From Candidatus Borrarchaeum weybense (GTDB lineage Archaea; Asgardarchaeota; Sifarchaeia; Borrarchaeales; Borrarchaeaceae): a stretch of 64,000 nt of DNA. The translations under genes were made by a program, and so were the position numbers. The DNA lies in the NCBI GenBank assembly GCA_019057385.1, contig JAHQJS010000004.1, positions 1,072,968 through 1,136,967 of the forward strand, read 5' to 3'. Positions 1-10,069 of the stretch are shown piece after piece (positions within the stretch are counted from its first letter, which is position 1; each line of letters opens with the position of its first letter). Below the pieces are notes generated by a model, which made no database searches, was not told the DNA's origin, and saw only the letters and a list, made by a program, of their open reading frames with translations.

Positions 1-19
1 TATGTCTAACAATGGCAAA

Positions 20-583
20 TCACTTTCGATGTTGTAACCTTTTTATCATCATTATCATGGATTTTGCTAGATATCTTGCACTTTTGATAGCGTGAATATC
101 ACTCGTGATCTCTCCTTTGCTAAATGCGAACCCTACGACACCTCTGTAGCTTACAGTGATTTCATGTTTTAGAAAAAAAGAGTGGATAGCTTGAATTGCA
201 GTTTCGTGTCCAAATCGTCTTCCTACAACAACACACCCGCCTACTTTTCCCTTTAGTTTTCTTCGCATGCACCACGTTCTATCTATAAATATTTTAGTCT
301 GTGCTGTTACGTTGTTAAAATAGACGGGGGAAGCTATCAGAATCCCATCAGACGCAAGCAGTTTTGGATAGATTTCTTCCATTTCATCCTTAATAGCACA
401 TTTTCCATTTTCTACACATATCCAACAACTATCACACGGATGGATTTTAAATTCTGACAATCTAATAAGATCAACATTGGCTCCAAGTTTTTCTGCAGTT
501 TTTAAAAATACATCAACTAAGTATTCTGTATTTCCTTCCTTTCTTGGGCTTCCAGAAATTGCTAGAATTTGCAAATATGTCAC
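20..583 (-). CDS. Iron-sulfur flavoprotein (Isf) / NADPH-dependent FMN reductase family
   Basis: GSPRKEGNT FMN-binding loop, CDSCWICxxxxxC cluster motif, ASPVYF motif. Confidence 0.85.
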   Translation of the reverse strand: MTYLQILAISGSPRKEGNTEYLVDVFLKTAEKLGANVDLIRLSEFKIHPCDSCWICVENGKCAIKDEMEEIYPKLLASDGILIASPVYFNNVTAQTKIFIDRTWCMRRKLKGKVGGCVVVGRRFGHETAIQAIHSFFLKHEITVSYRGVVGFAFSKGEITSDIHAIKSARYLAKSMIMMIKRLQHRK

Positions 584-627
584 CTAAAGCTTTCTAACAT
601 GTTAAGTAGTTGTAAGGCACAATATTG

Positions 628-1392
628 TTATTCCCTTTCTAAAGTTCTTTTTTGTGCTGCTAATGCTGCTACAAAAAGAAAGATAGTAAAACATAGAAGA
701 ATCACTACATTTATAGTCCAGTTATGTCCTACGTACCCCTCAAATGCACATCTATTTAAGTTGTGCGTATAGGTAAGTGGTGAAAGTGCTGCAATTATTT
801 GTCCCCAGACCGGTAACTGTTCAAGAGGGATAAAAACCCCACTGATGAAGATGAGGGGCAAGCGTACTAAATTTGCTAAAGTCATAATTTCAGATGGCGT
901 ATCTGTAGGAAGGGCTGAGAATAGAGTACCAAGTGAAGCAAAACAAAATGCAGACAAAGGTATGCTGATTATCAAAGCATTTACGCTGATTATACTCGCT
1001 CCAAATAAAAGAACTCCGAGAATTATGGGAATTATTACTAAAAATGTGCCAAATAATAAGCCCGATAAAATATCGCCGATGAGGACCGAATGCAACGAAA
1101 TCGGCGTAGAAATCAATCGTTCAAAGGTTTTCGTTCGTCGTTCCCATGGCGCTATGACCGGTGTCACAGAAGAGGATGTAAAGAATATCGTAAGAGAGAT
1201 CATACCAGGAACAAGAGCTTGTGGCGGGAGGTTTCTTCCTACGGAAAATGCAAGAAATAGGAAAAATGGGAAAAGAATTCCAAAAATAAGAACCGGGCCT
1301 TTTAAATAATATATGCGTACATCCTTTTTAGCTATGGCGTATATCCCTTGCAATTCTCTTCTAAGATCAACTTTCATAAACTTTGCCTTCAT
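628..1392 (-). CDS. ABC-2 type exporter permease
   Basis: About 6 TM segments, ER..TFERL..TP and FISGVFIP..LP.W motifs; overlaps the ATPase stop. Confidence 0.9.
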   Translation of the reverse strand: MKAKFMKVDLRRELQGIYAIAKKDVRIYYLKGPVLIFGILFPFFLFLAFSVGRNLPPQALVPGMISLTIFFTSSSVTPVIAPWERRTKTFERLISTPISLHSVLIGDILSGLLFGTFLVIIPIILGVLLFGASIISVNALIISIPLSAFCFASLGTLFSALPTDTPSEIMTLANLVRLPLIFISGVFIPLEQLPVWGQIIAALSPLTYTHNLNRCAFEGYVGHNWTINVVILLCFTIFLFVAALAAQKRTLERE

Positions 1393-2327
1393 TTACGATT
1401 TGTTTTAGAGGTAAACCTAACAAAAACATCTTCCAATGAAGGTGCGAGCGTGTTTATCGTAATAAATTGGAGATTATTGCTAGTTGCATATGAATGGAGT
1501 TCACGAAGCACTGGGTCTATCTTGGAGGTATATAACCTGAATTTATCGCCAAGCTTTCTTACTTCGATAACACCCTTAATTGTTTCTAGATCTACTTTCA
1601 TGTGATTAGAAGACTTGTTAAACGCTACTTCGATAGACTGGGCACTTTGGATTGCTTTCTTTAAGTGCTCTGGCTTATCTATAGCAATTATTTTTCCATG
1701 GTTTATTATAGCTACTCTGTCACACAATTGATTCGCTTCTTCGATGTTATGAGTCGTTAAAAAAACTGTTGTTCCCTTTTTATTAAACTCTCGAATCAAG
1801 TCTCTTATAATACGTGTACTATGAACATCTAGTCCAGATGTTGGCTCGTCAAGAAAAAGAATTTTAGGGTCGTTTAGCAGCGCCATAGCTAGTATTACAC
1901 GGCGTTTTAGACCTTTAGACAATGCCTTAAATTTTGTGTGGATCTTCTCGGATAGCTCTAGTAATTCTAAGAAATTTTGCGCCTTCGATTCTCTTACAGC
2001 CTTAGGAACACCGTAGAGTTCTCCCATTAACATCAAATTGTCCCATGTCGAGAGTTCTACATATCCATTTGAAATCTCTGGCACGATACCCATAAGTTCC
2101 TTAGCAGAAGCTGTTTCTTTTTGAATGTCATATCCGTAGATCCGCGCGGAGCCTTCACTGGGCTTTGAAATTCCGATCAGCATTTTCACAGTTGTCGTTT
2201 TTCCTGCGCCATTTGGTCCAAGAAATCCAAATATTTCTCCTTGTTCAACTTCAAAATTGATATGATCCACCGCTAGGAGCTCGCCATAATATTTTGTAAA
2301 TTGTTCTACTTCAATAGCTATACTCAA
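1389..2327 (-). CDS. ABC exporter ATP-binding protein (DrrA/CcmA-like)
   Basis: Walker A GPNGAGKTT, LSKG signature, LFLDEPT, TTH; C-terminal PSLEDVF. Confidence 0.95.
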   Translation of the reverse strand: MSIAIEVEQFTKYYGELLAVDHINFEVEQGEIFGFLGPNGAGKTTTVKMLIGISKPSEGSARIYGYDIQKETASAKELMGIVPEISNGYVELSTWDNLMLMGELYGVPKAVRESKAQNFLELLELSEKIHTKFKALSKGLKRRVILAMALLNDPKILFLDEPTSGLDVHSTRIIRDLIREFNKKGTTVFLTTHNIEEANQLCDRVAIINHGKIIAIDKPEHLKKAIQSAQSIEVAFNKSSNHMKVDLETIKGVIEVRKLGDKFRLYTSKIDPVLRELHSYATSNNLQFITINTLAPSLEDVFVRFTSKTNRK

Positions 2328-2460
2328 AGAAAGATACCCCCAAAAATCTGATTGTTACTCTGCGATATATAAATCTCATAGAAAGAGGTACGGAATGAAC
2401 TTTCCAAAGATAAAGTAACATAAAAAAAGAAAGTAACGCTTAGAGTGCTTTAACTTTATC

Positions 2461-2498
2461 GGCGGGAAGTCTCCTTCCGTCAGAGTGGGGTAGTTCAC
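2461..2498. mobile_element. Possible IS200/IS605-family end remnant (hairpin plus GGGGTAGTTCAC)
   Basis: GC-rich patch in an AT-rich spacer: ggaag-tctc-cttcc hairpin followed by gtggggtagttcac, resembling IS605/IS1341 ends; no transposase in the window. Confidence 0.45.
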
Positions 2499-2611
2499 TG
2501 AATAATTAATACCTTAAAATTAAGTTGATTTGTAGCCACTTAAGAGTATAGATGAACTTGATGGATGACAAGGAAGTTAAAGGATAAAATTAAAAAACAA
2601 AAGAAATCTTT

Positions 2612-3241
2612 CTAAGGTGAATCGTTCCTAGGTTCTTTTTCTTCTTCTTTTTCTTCTTCTAAACAGAAATCAAGGCTTCCCTTATAAGCTGATGTAGCAG
2701 GGCATCCTAAACAATGCTCCAATTCATATTCTTCACATTCATAGCAGTTAAGATCACAGGGTGTCACACCATTGTGTTTCAATTTAAAGTTTACAGGGAA
2801 ATATGGGGGGCTGACTAACCGACCAACACTGAGAACACTAACATTTCGAATACCATGAGGCGAACGAAGAATGCATGTACGGAGTATAGTTTCAAGTTGA
2901 TGTTTATCCTCTGCAAATACCGTCGCAATGAGATCAAATTGCCCTAAGACTGTACTCATTTGAATTATCCGCGGACATTCCTTGAACCGATTTATTAGTT
3001 CCCGGGTGCTTGCAGCACCATCTGTTTGAATCAGAAGATATACAACTTCTATATTAAGTTCCAAAATGTTGATTAGCACGCCCATTTTTATTATATTATT
3101 TTCACAAAGATTGACAAGCCTATTTCTGATTGCTACATGAGATAAATCAAGCTTCCTACCTATCTCTGATAAAGTTGTGCGTGCATCCTTTCCAAGCCAG
3201 CCTATAATCTGTTGATCTATCCCGTCTATTTTTTGATCCAT
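2612..3241 (-). CDS. Lrp/AsnC transcriptional regulator with C-terminal Cys-rich extension
   Basis: N-terminal D..D..I...L..DAR.TLSEI HTH, RAM domain (GQFDL), tail CDLNCYECxxxxxxxCLGCP. Confidence 0.85.
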   Translation of the reverse strand: MDQKIDGIDQQIIGWLGKDARTTLSEIGRKLDLSHVAIRNRLVNLCENNIIKMGVLINILELNIEVVYLLIQTDGAASTRELINRFKECPRIIQMSTVLGQFDLIATVFAEDKHQLETILRTCILRSPHGIRNVSVLSVGRLVSPPYFPVNFKLKHNGVTPCDLNCYECEEYELEHCLGCPATSAYKGSLDFCLEEEKEEEKEPRNDSP

Positions 3242-3366
3242 GAGCCAGAAGCCCCCGTGTGTTTATTTCAAATTGAAAGTTTCAAAATGGAATGAATGAA
3301 GTTGTTGTTATTACACAATGAATCGTTTGCCCTAAAAAAGTTATCTTTTTGAAACTTTATATTTTT

Positions 3367-3407
3367 GTAACAAAAAAAGTTGATTGTCGTAACAAAAGAA
3401 GTTGATT
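3367..3407. promoter_or_regulatory. Tandem direct repeat GTAACAAAA(A/G)AAGTTGATT, 22-bp period; putative regulator binding site
   Basis: Two 19-bp copies with 1 mismatch at 3367 and 3389, upstream of the Lrp gene. Confidence 0.5.
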
Positions 3408-3757
3408 TAAATCTAAATTAATTTTTTAATTTTTTTGAATGTCATTGTACTGACCTCTGTGTATTTATCTGCTTTTTAGGATTTAAATTCAACTTTTGTG
3501 TGAATGACTATTGCATAGAGAGAAGGATTGGTTGAAAGTAATGTTGAAAAAGACTCTCTGGCAATGGTCTCGAAGGATCGCCATTCTTTTAATGATGTTG
3601 TTTTCTTCCTGTGAATTTCTACTGTGAAATATTTAGTAATTCCTAAATTCAATTTGTAACCAAAATCTTAAATATAAGATATTTTTTTTAAGTATAATCG
3701 CTTAATTAGTTACAATTTTATAATAGTAACTTCTTCACTTTGTAAGTCACATAATAA

Positions 3758-4045
3758 AATGGACGCTATACGCACCCGGATCCTTCAGATACCGTCTATT
3801 TTCACATCTATCACAATATTGGCATAGAGGGACGAAAAACGCATACGATCGCTTACGTAGATATAGAACGCTGTATTGGTTGTAAACAATGTGAGAAATA
3901 TTGCCCTGTTGGCGCTATAAGGGTAGTTGGAAAGAAGGCGTATGTTAATTGGATGCAATGTATTGGCTGCGGACTTTGTGCTAATAACTGTCCCCAGAAG
4001 GCAATAATTCCGATGTTACGTTATATTCCTGCCTATACGCGGTGA
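3758..4045 (+). CDS. 2[4Fe-4S] ferredoxin-like protein lacking an in-frame canonical start (frameshift, sequencing error or non-ATG start)
   Basis: Hand translation: ...IAYVDIERCIGCKQCEKYCPVGAI...CIGCGLCANNCPQKAI...; the frame opens after TAA at 3755-3757 and the ATG at 3759 is one base out of frame. Confidence 0.8.
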   Translation, partial: NGRYTHPDPSDTVYFHIYHNIGIEGRKTHTIAYVDIERCIGCKQCEKYCPVGAIRVVGKKAYVNWMQCIGCGLCANNCPQKAIIPMLRYIPAYTR

Positions 4046-4103
4046 TAGGATAAAGGGATGATTCTACAAAGTCTAATCCTATTACATTAACGGAGTTGAT
4101 AAC

Positions 4104-5021
4104 TTGATTAAAGACCTAGAAGAGATATTCAGAGTCCTTGAAACACAGAAAAAATCAAAAATTGTGTGGACACTTTTCGAAAAAGGAGAACAGGATCTCT
4201 GCGCATTAATGGAATTGATTGATTATCCCTCCAGATACAAATCGAAATTTGTATCCCGATATATCTTAAAACTTCAAGATTTGGGTTATATTGACCGCAA
4301 TAACGAACATTATGCTCTCACTCCTCACGGAACCTTATTTCTTGATACTTTAGGTGATCTTGCCAACTCCAACTTAAAAATGTCTAACAAAGTTCGACTC
4401 CTCAAATTGCTAAGAAGACCAAAAACAATGGAACAGTTGTATGACACCTTATCAATTTCACGAATGCAATGTCATCAACTTATGAAATGCCTTATGAAAA
4501 GGGGTTTTGTTAAAACAGAAGCACAAAGATACAGAATATGCCCCCCAATCCGGCTAAAGGAGCTGAAAAATATCCCCTTTTACTACTGGAAACTTCTTAA
4601 AATCCTTCTGACTAAAGAAAGTTGTAGTGCTCAAGAACTCGCAACTGCTACTGGATTAGCATTAAAAGGCGTTCAAACACGCTTATCAGAATTAAAACGA
4701 ATGGGTATTGTAGAGTCCACAGGTCCAGATCCTCTTCCGCAAGGAAATTTCTTCAAGTTTTACCGACTTACGGCTAAGGGTAACGAGATTTTGAAGAAAA
4801 TAGATGAATTTGAAAGGCAGTTTAGTTTGGTTGACTTGATTTTTCAACTTCTCTCTAAGGAACAACGACTAACGGAAAGGGAACTGTGGAGAACTATTTC
4901 GAGAAAAATGAACCACCCAGCGAACACTTTTGATGTTAGACATGCGATTAACTTTCTAAAGAAGATTGGCGTTTTAGATGGCGACATCGTGAATGGCTAC
5001 GTCTGGCATGAGTTGTCTTAG
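4104..5021 (+). CDS. Multi winged-helix DNA-binding protein
   Basis: About 4 tandem wHTH-like units ending L...G.(I/V) plus wing (YALTPHG, YRLTAKG). Confidence 0.7.
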   Translation: MIKDLEEIFRVLETQKKSKIVWTLFEKGEQDLCALMELIDYPSRYKSKFVSRYILKLQDLGYIDRNNEHYALTPHGTLFLDTLGDLANSNLKMSNKVRLLKLLRRPKTMEQLYDTLSISRMQCHQLMKCLMKRGFVKTEAQRYRICPPIRLKELKNIPFYYWKLLKILLTKESCSAQELATATGLALKGVQTRLSELKRMGIVESTGPDPLPQGNFFKFYRLTAKGNEILKKIDEFERQFSLVDLIFQLLSKEQRLTERELWRTISRKMNHPANTFDVRHAINFLKKIGVLDGDIVNGYVWHELS

Positions 5022-5152
5022 GAAATAACGCAGTTATTTGTTTATCTCATGTTATCTTTTTTTGGATCTCTGACTCAGATAAACTGCATTTTCCGTAATG
5101 TTTATAAACGATATCTATATATCGCTATGAAACGATAAACAGGTGTCATAAA

Positions 5153-5572
5153 ATGGCAGGAAATGAACAGAAGGTAGGAATCATTTCGTGCACTGGCGTT
5201 TCGAGTGATAGTCAATGTTCAAAGGAAGGTTTGATTGCACGACAGGCAATGTACAAAGTACTCGAAGATCTCAGACCTGACAAAACTTTACTTGTCTGTT
5301 TACCAGCTCTTGCAGCAGAAGTTGAAGAAGATGTGATTTTTGTGAGAGATTCTCCGACCATAGTTATTGAGGGTTGCCCAGACGATTGCTCAACGAAAGT
5401 ACTCGGACAATTTGAAACAAAGCAAATATACTCAACGTATTATGTCAAAGATTTCATACAAGATATTGAATTCTCAGACTCACTAATCGACTTATCTCCC
5501 GAGGAAGACTCCGTTTCAGAACGTATAGCAGAAAAAATTGCGCAAGATGTTGATAAAATCTTGCAAGGATGA
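5153..5572 (+). CDS. DGC-domain putative zinc-binding protein
   Basis: SCTG, G.IARQA, VCLPAL, IEGCPDDC motifs. Confidence 0.75.
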   Translation: MAGNEQKVGIISCTGVSSDSQCSKEGLIARQAMYKVLEDLRPDKTLLVCLPALAAEVEEDVIFVRDSPTIVIEGCPDDCSTKVLGQFETKQIYSTYYVKDFIQDIEFSDSLIDLSPEEDSVSERIAEKIAQDVDKILQG

Positions 5573-5584
5573 AGGTGACTTAAC

Positions 5585-5980
5585 ATGGGACACAAAATTA
5601 TGGTAGCACCCTGCACAGGCATGGGAAAGGTATTGGCGACGGTAGCACGTGTTGGCGCGTTGTTGGCAACAGATGAGGGTAAAAGTGATGATCTTGAACT
5701 GATCTGTACACCATGCGTTGCAGCTGGACTTCAAAAAGAGATTGAGCGAATAAAGGGGGCAGATATGATTATAATCGACGGTTGCATAGACGAATGTTGT
5801 CGCAAAATCTTCGAAGAAAATGGTGCAAAAATCGTGGCAGACATAAAAGTATGGGAAGTTCTTCGCGAGAATAAGGACTTAAAACCAGAGTCAAGGGTAA
5901 AATTAGGTCCAAAGGGCATGGCGCTTGCAAAGAAAGTTGCAGAGAAAGTCAAAGAAGAAATAATTAAGTTAAAAAGTTAA
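5585..5980 (+). CDS. DGC-domain putative zinc-binding protein
   Basis: PCTG, ICTPC, IIDGCIDECC motifs. Confidence 0.85.
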   Translation: MGHKIMVAPCTGMGKVLATVARVGALLATDEGKSDDLELICTPCVAAGLQKEIERIKGADMIIIDGCIDECCRKIFEENGAKIVADIKVWEVLRENKDLKPESRVKLGPKGMALAKKVAEKVKEEIIKLKS

Positions 5981-6397
5981 ATTGCTCCTTTATTTTCCCT
6001 TAGAATAACTAACAGGTCTCTATTTTTTTCACTAAATAATATTTCTCGATTTTTTTTGGATTTTAATTTGATTTCCAGTTATAATTGTCTATAGTCTTTC
6101 ATAAGATGTTTAACTCAAGATTTCAAGTTATGCTAAGACGCAGGCAATCTCAAAAAGATATTACGGAAAGGGTTTAATTTATAAGAAGAAGATAGCTTAA
6201 GCACTACAAAATAAGCACATTTCGATTCGAGATGGAAAACAAATTCAACCGAGTGAACAATAATGATAAATCCGTTTTGTACTTATGTGCTTAACAATAC
6301 AAATAAATAGCCAGAGGCTATGCCATTAAATACGAAACGGTAATTCTCATATATTTAGTTCTTGTTGAAAGGAGAAGATAGAAAAGGAGGAAAATGA

Positions 6398-8755
6398 ATG
6401 ACTGAGAAACCTGCCAGTTTGAAATTCAAGAAATTGAAGACCCCAACGTTAGAGATCGATGGACTTGAATTTGCTATCGGTAAACTCCTCGAAGAAGAAG
6501 AATGGGCAGAACCAATGGGTCCTACGCCAAAGCCAGAGATAACTGATCTTCGCTCATGGGATCGAAGAATGTTAGAACGGTATAAGCCTTACTACATGCC
6601 TTTCTTAGACATTTGTCCTGCACTATGCACTTATGGCCCCTGTGACTTATCCGCAGGGAAGAAGGGTGCATGTGGGTTGGACATAAATGCTCAAGCAAGT
6701 CGAATAGTTCTTCTTGCGTGTTGTATGGGTGCATCTGCTCATGGAGCACATGGACGACATTTACTAGATCACTTAATCGAAGAACACGGGAGTGATTATC
6801 CTATAGATCTAGGGGACAAAGTAGAGGTCGAAGCTCCACTGACTAGATTGATTGTAGGTATAAAACCAAAAACACTTGGAGACTTAGTCGAAGCACAGAA
6901 TTATGTTGAAGAACAAATAACGCATTGCGTAAGTTCTGCACACACTGGACAAGAAGGCGATAATATCGATTACGAATCAAAGGCATTGCACGTTTCAATG
7001 TGTGATAGTTTAGCTATGGAAATTGCAGATTTAGCACAAATTGTTGGCTATGATTTACCAAAAGGCGAACCGGATGTCCCGCTCATCGAATTGGGTGCTG
7101 GGACAATTGATAGAACAAAGCCCGTAATCTTAGTAATCGGACACAATGTTGCTGCTGGAGCAGAAATCGTTGACTACCTACAAGCAAACGAAAATTACGA
7201 TTTCGACGATATCGAACTCTGTGGAATCTGTTGTACAGCGCTTGATATTAGTCGTTATTCTGACAGGGCAAAAGTTGTAGGAGCAATGTATGAACAAATA
7301 AAGTTTATACGTTCTGGACTAGCTGATGTGATCATGGTCGATGAACAATGCGTACGGACAGATATACTTGATGTAGCAAAAGAGGTAAAGACTCCTGTTT
7401 TAGCGACATTGAATAAAATGGCGTTAGGATTGAAAGATCGTACGCATGATTCCGTTGATCAGATAGTAAGTGATCTTGTATCCTATAAGGAGCCAGGTGC
7501 GCTAATATTAGAACCAGAGGTTTCTGCTGAAGTAGCAGTGAAGTTAGCTATGGCCATCGCACCAGAGAGGAAGAAGTTCAAGGTGATTCCCGACATGGAA
7601 GAATTCAATTCAATGATCAACAAGTGTATAAACTGTGAGCTTTGTAAGCGGGCGTGTCCTTTGGATCTCGAAATTCCTGCGGCAATGACAGCAGCAAAGC
7701 AAGGCGACTTACAACCACTTGCTGAACTTCACAATGTTTGTATCGGGTGCGTAAGATGTGAGGGAATTTGTAGAGAAGGTATTGATATTTTAAGCGTAAT
7801 TGAAAAAGCAGCTGAGAAATACGTTAAAGAAGAGAAGTACAAAGTACGTGCTGGACGAGGTCCAATAACTGACGTAGAAATCCGTGATGTCGGTGCTCCT
7901 ATTGTATTAGGTGAAATCCCAGGCGTTGTAGCAATCGTTGGCTGCCCAAATTATCCTAATGGTGCGAGCGAAATAGGGCTACTAGCTGAAGAATTCCTCA
8001 AAAGACGATATATTGTAGTTGCGAGCGGTTGTGGCGCTATGGACATCGGAAAATATAGAGATGAAGAAGGCCAAACGCTTTATGAAAAATATCCAGGATA
8101 TTTTGATGCTGGTGGCCTTGTCAATGTTGGTTCATGTGTTAGCAACGCACATATTGATGGAGCAGTAATAAAAATTGCTAACATTTTCGCAAGGAGGCCT
8201 CTACGTGGAAACTATGAAGAAATTGCGGACTATTCCCTGAATCGTGTAGGAGCCGTAGGTGTTGCATGGGGAGCAATGAGCCAAAAAGCAGCCTCTATTG
8301 GAACGGGAGCGAACAGACTCGGCATTCCTGTGATTGTAGGGCCGCATGGTGGTAAATACAGACGATTCTATATGGGTCGTTCAGAGAAAGATGAAGACTG
8401 GAATGTCTACAATGCCCGTACTGGTGAAGAAATGTATGTTGGACCCGCACCGGAACATCTTATTTATGGTGCAGAATCTATAGAAGAATGCATTGTTGCG
8501 ACAGCAAAATTATGTTTGCGACCAAACGATACTACTAAGGGACGGGCAATAAAACTAACGCATTACATCGACCTTCATCAGAAGTATATCGGAACATTCC
8601 CAGATGATGTCCACAAATTCGTAAGAACTGAAGCCGATATTCCAATTACAATGAAAGATAAGGTAATAGAGCATCTGAAGGAAAAGGGCTGGGAACCGAG
8701 TGAAGTCCCTGATCCAACTTTGTTACCACGACTAATTAGAAAACCAAAGTCATGA
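6398..8755 (+). CDS. cdhA: CO dehydrogenase / ACDS complex subunit alpha
   Basis: CTYGPCDL..GACG, GHN, CGICCTA, two ferredoxin-type E/F cluster motifs, GSCVSN, SQKA, C-terminal PDPT. Confidence 0.97.
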   Translation: MTEKPASLKFKKLKTPTLEIDGLEFAIGKLLEEEEWAEPMGPTPKPEITDLRSWDRRMLERYKPYYMPFLDICPALCTYGPCDLSAGKKGACGLDINAQASRIVLLACCMGASAHGAHGRHLLDHLIEEHGSDYPIDLGDKVEVEAPLTRLIVGIKPKTLGDLVEAQNYVEEQITHCVSSAHTGQEGDNIDYESKALHVSMCDSLAMEIADLAQIVGYDLPKGEPDVPLIELGAGTIDRTKPVILVIGHNVAAGAEIVDYLQANENYDFDDIELCGICCTALDISRYSDRAKVVGAMYEQIKFIRSGLADVIMVDEQCVRTDILDVAKEVKTPVLATLNKMALGLKDRTHDSVDQIVSDLVSYKEPGALILEPEVSAEVAVKLAMAIAPERKKFKVIPDMEEFNSMINKCINCELCKRACPLDLEIPAAMTAAKQGDLQPLAELHNVCIGCVRCEGICREGIDILSVIEKAAEKYVKEEKYKVRAGRGPITDVEIRDVGAPIVLGEIPGVVAIVGCPNYPNGASEIGLLAEEFLKRRYIVVASGCGAMDIGKYRDEEGQTLYEKYPGYFDAGGLVNVGSCVSNAHIDGAVIKIANIFARRPLRGNYEEIADYSLNRVGAVGVAWGAMSQKAASIGTGANRLGIPVIVGPHGGKYRRFYMGRSEKDEDWNVYNARTGEEMYVGPAPEHLIYGAESIEECIVATAKLCLRPNDTTKGRAIKLTHYIDLHQKYIGTFPDDVHKFVRTEADIPITMKDKVIEHLKEKGWEPSEVPDPTLLPRLIRKPKS

Positions 8756-8764
8756 GGGTAAAAA

Positions 8765-9292
8765 ATGAGTATGCCATATAATATAGCTAATGTAAGAGGT
8801 CCACTTGAAGCAACAGTTATGAAATCACCAAAAACTGTTGTTAATATACTCAAACATGCAAAACGTCCTATACTGATCGTTGAAAGCAATGCGTTGAAGA
8901 CAGTAGATGACAAATCGCCAATAGATTTTGCAATCGAGTTTGCTAAGAAGACAGAAATGCCAGTTGTAGCTACCGCACATACTATGAAAGCCTTTCTTGA
9001 AAGAGAATTCGAAGCAGCCACTGTTATGGGCGTAGCAGATATCACTAATCGGATTATTGACCCTGAATGGAAAGGTCTAGACGGAAAGGGCGGTTATGAC
9101 GTCATTTTTTATCTAGGCGGTCTCTATTACTTCCAAACACAAATTCTCTCTTCTATAAAACACGGTGCTACGAGTTTAAAGTCGGTCAGCTTAGATCGAT
9201 CATACGATCCTAATGCTACCTTTAGTTTTGGAAATTTAACAGTGGATGAATGGAGTGCAGCACTCGAAGAAATACTTACTCTATTGAAATAG
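8765..9292 (+). CDS. cdhB: ACDS complex subunit epsilon
   Basis: AKRPILIV, DPEWKGLDGKGGYD, PNATFSFGN; directly after cdhA. Confidence 0.95.
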   Translation: MSMPYNIANVRGPLEATVMKSPKTVVNILKHAKRPILIVESNALKTVDDKSPIDFAIEFAKKTEMPVVATAHTMKAFLEREFEAATVMGVADITNRIIDPEWKGLDGKGGYDVIFYLGGLYYFQTQILSSIKHGATSLKSVSLDRSYDPNATFSFGNLTVDEWSAALEEILTLLK

Positions 9293-9604
9293 TGAGTTCA
9301 CTAAATTTACCTCTCTTTTTTTATTTTTACGCCTTTAACTGAATTTTTTCCAAATCTTAAGTGAAAAAGCTTTAGAGGATCTGTGAAAATAGGCGAACAA
9401 AGAAAATTCTCTTTAGCAAGTTTTGTCGGAAATCACAAGTGCATTCTAACACCCGATCAGCTTAGCAAAGAATTCTGTAGTTCTTCTAATAGCAGAATAA
9501 TTCAAATAGGATAATTATACTATTATATAATGGGGTTGATTTTGTCCCAATTTTAAGTTTGAACGTTATCTTCCAAGATTAGTTAATTAGATGAGGTTGC
9601 AAAA

Positions 9605-9943
9605 ATGACCGAAAAGGAAAGCGCAAAAGAAGAGGAAAAAAAAGAGCAAGAAGATATCTGGTTTACTTTTGGGAATATTAGAATGGTCATAAACAAACAA
9701 GCAGAAGGATGGACCAATATCGCTGTGTTTTTTCAAGATGAGGATATAAGAGAAACAAAGATTGGCAAAAGAGTCCAATTTGGCATTATGGATCGTCACT
9801 TACCACAGTTTCTCGATGCTTTGTCAGGGACATCGACAGAACCTGAAAAGCCAATAGAGACAATTAGTGAAGTCGATAAGAAAATATTGGAACTAGGAAA
9901 GAAGATAATTGAATTAATCAAATCTTCAGCTGTTTTAAACTAA
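9605..9943 (+). CDS. Hypothetical protein
   Basis: 112-aa ORF with GAGGT SD and a T-rich tract downstream. Confidence 0.7.
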   Translation: MTEKESAKEEEKKEQEDIWFTFGNIRMVINKQAEGWTNIAVFFQDEDIRETKIGKRVQFGIMDRHLPQFLDALSGTSTEPEKPIETISEVDKKILELGKKIIELIKSSAVLN

Positions 9944-10069
9944 AATAGTTTTATTTACTCTTTTTTTTTGTATAAGTTCCCTATTTTTATTTATGAGATG
10001 CAAAAATGAATTTTAGCAACAAATTTGCAGCGAAGATTTTTTATTACACCTTTTGACTAAATGACTTAA

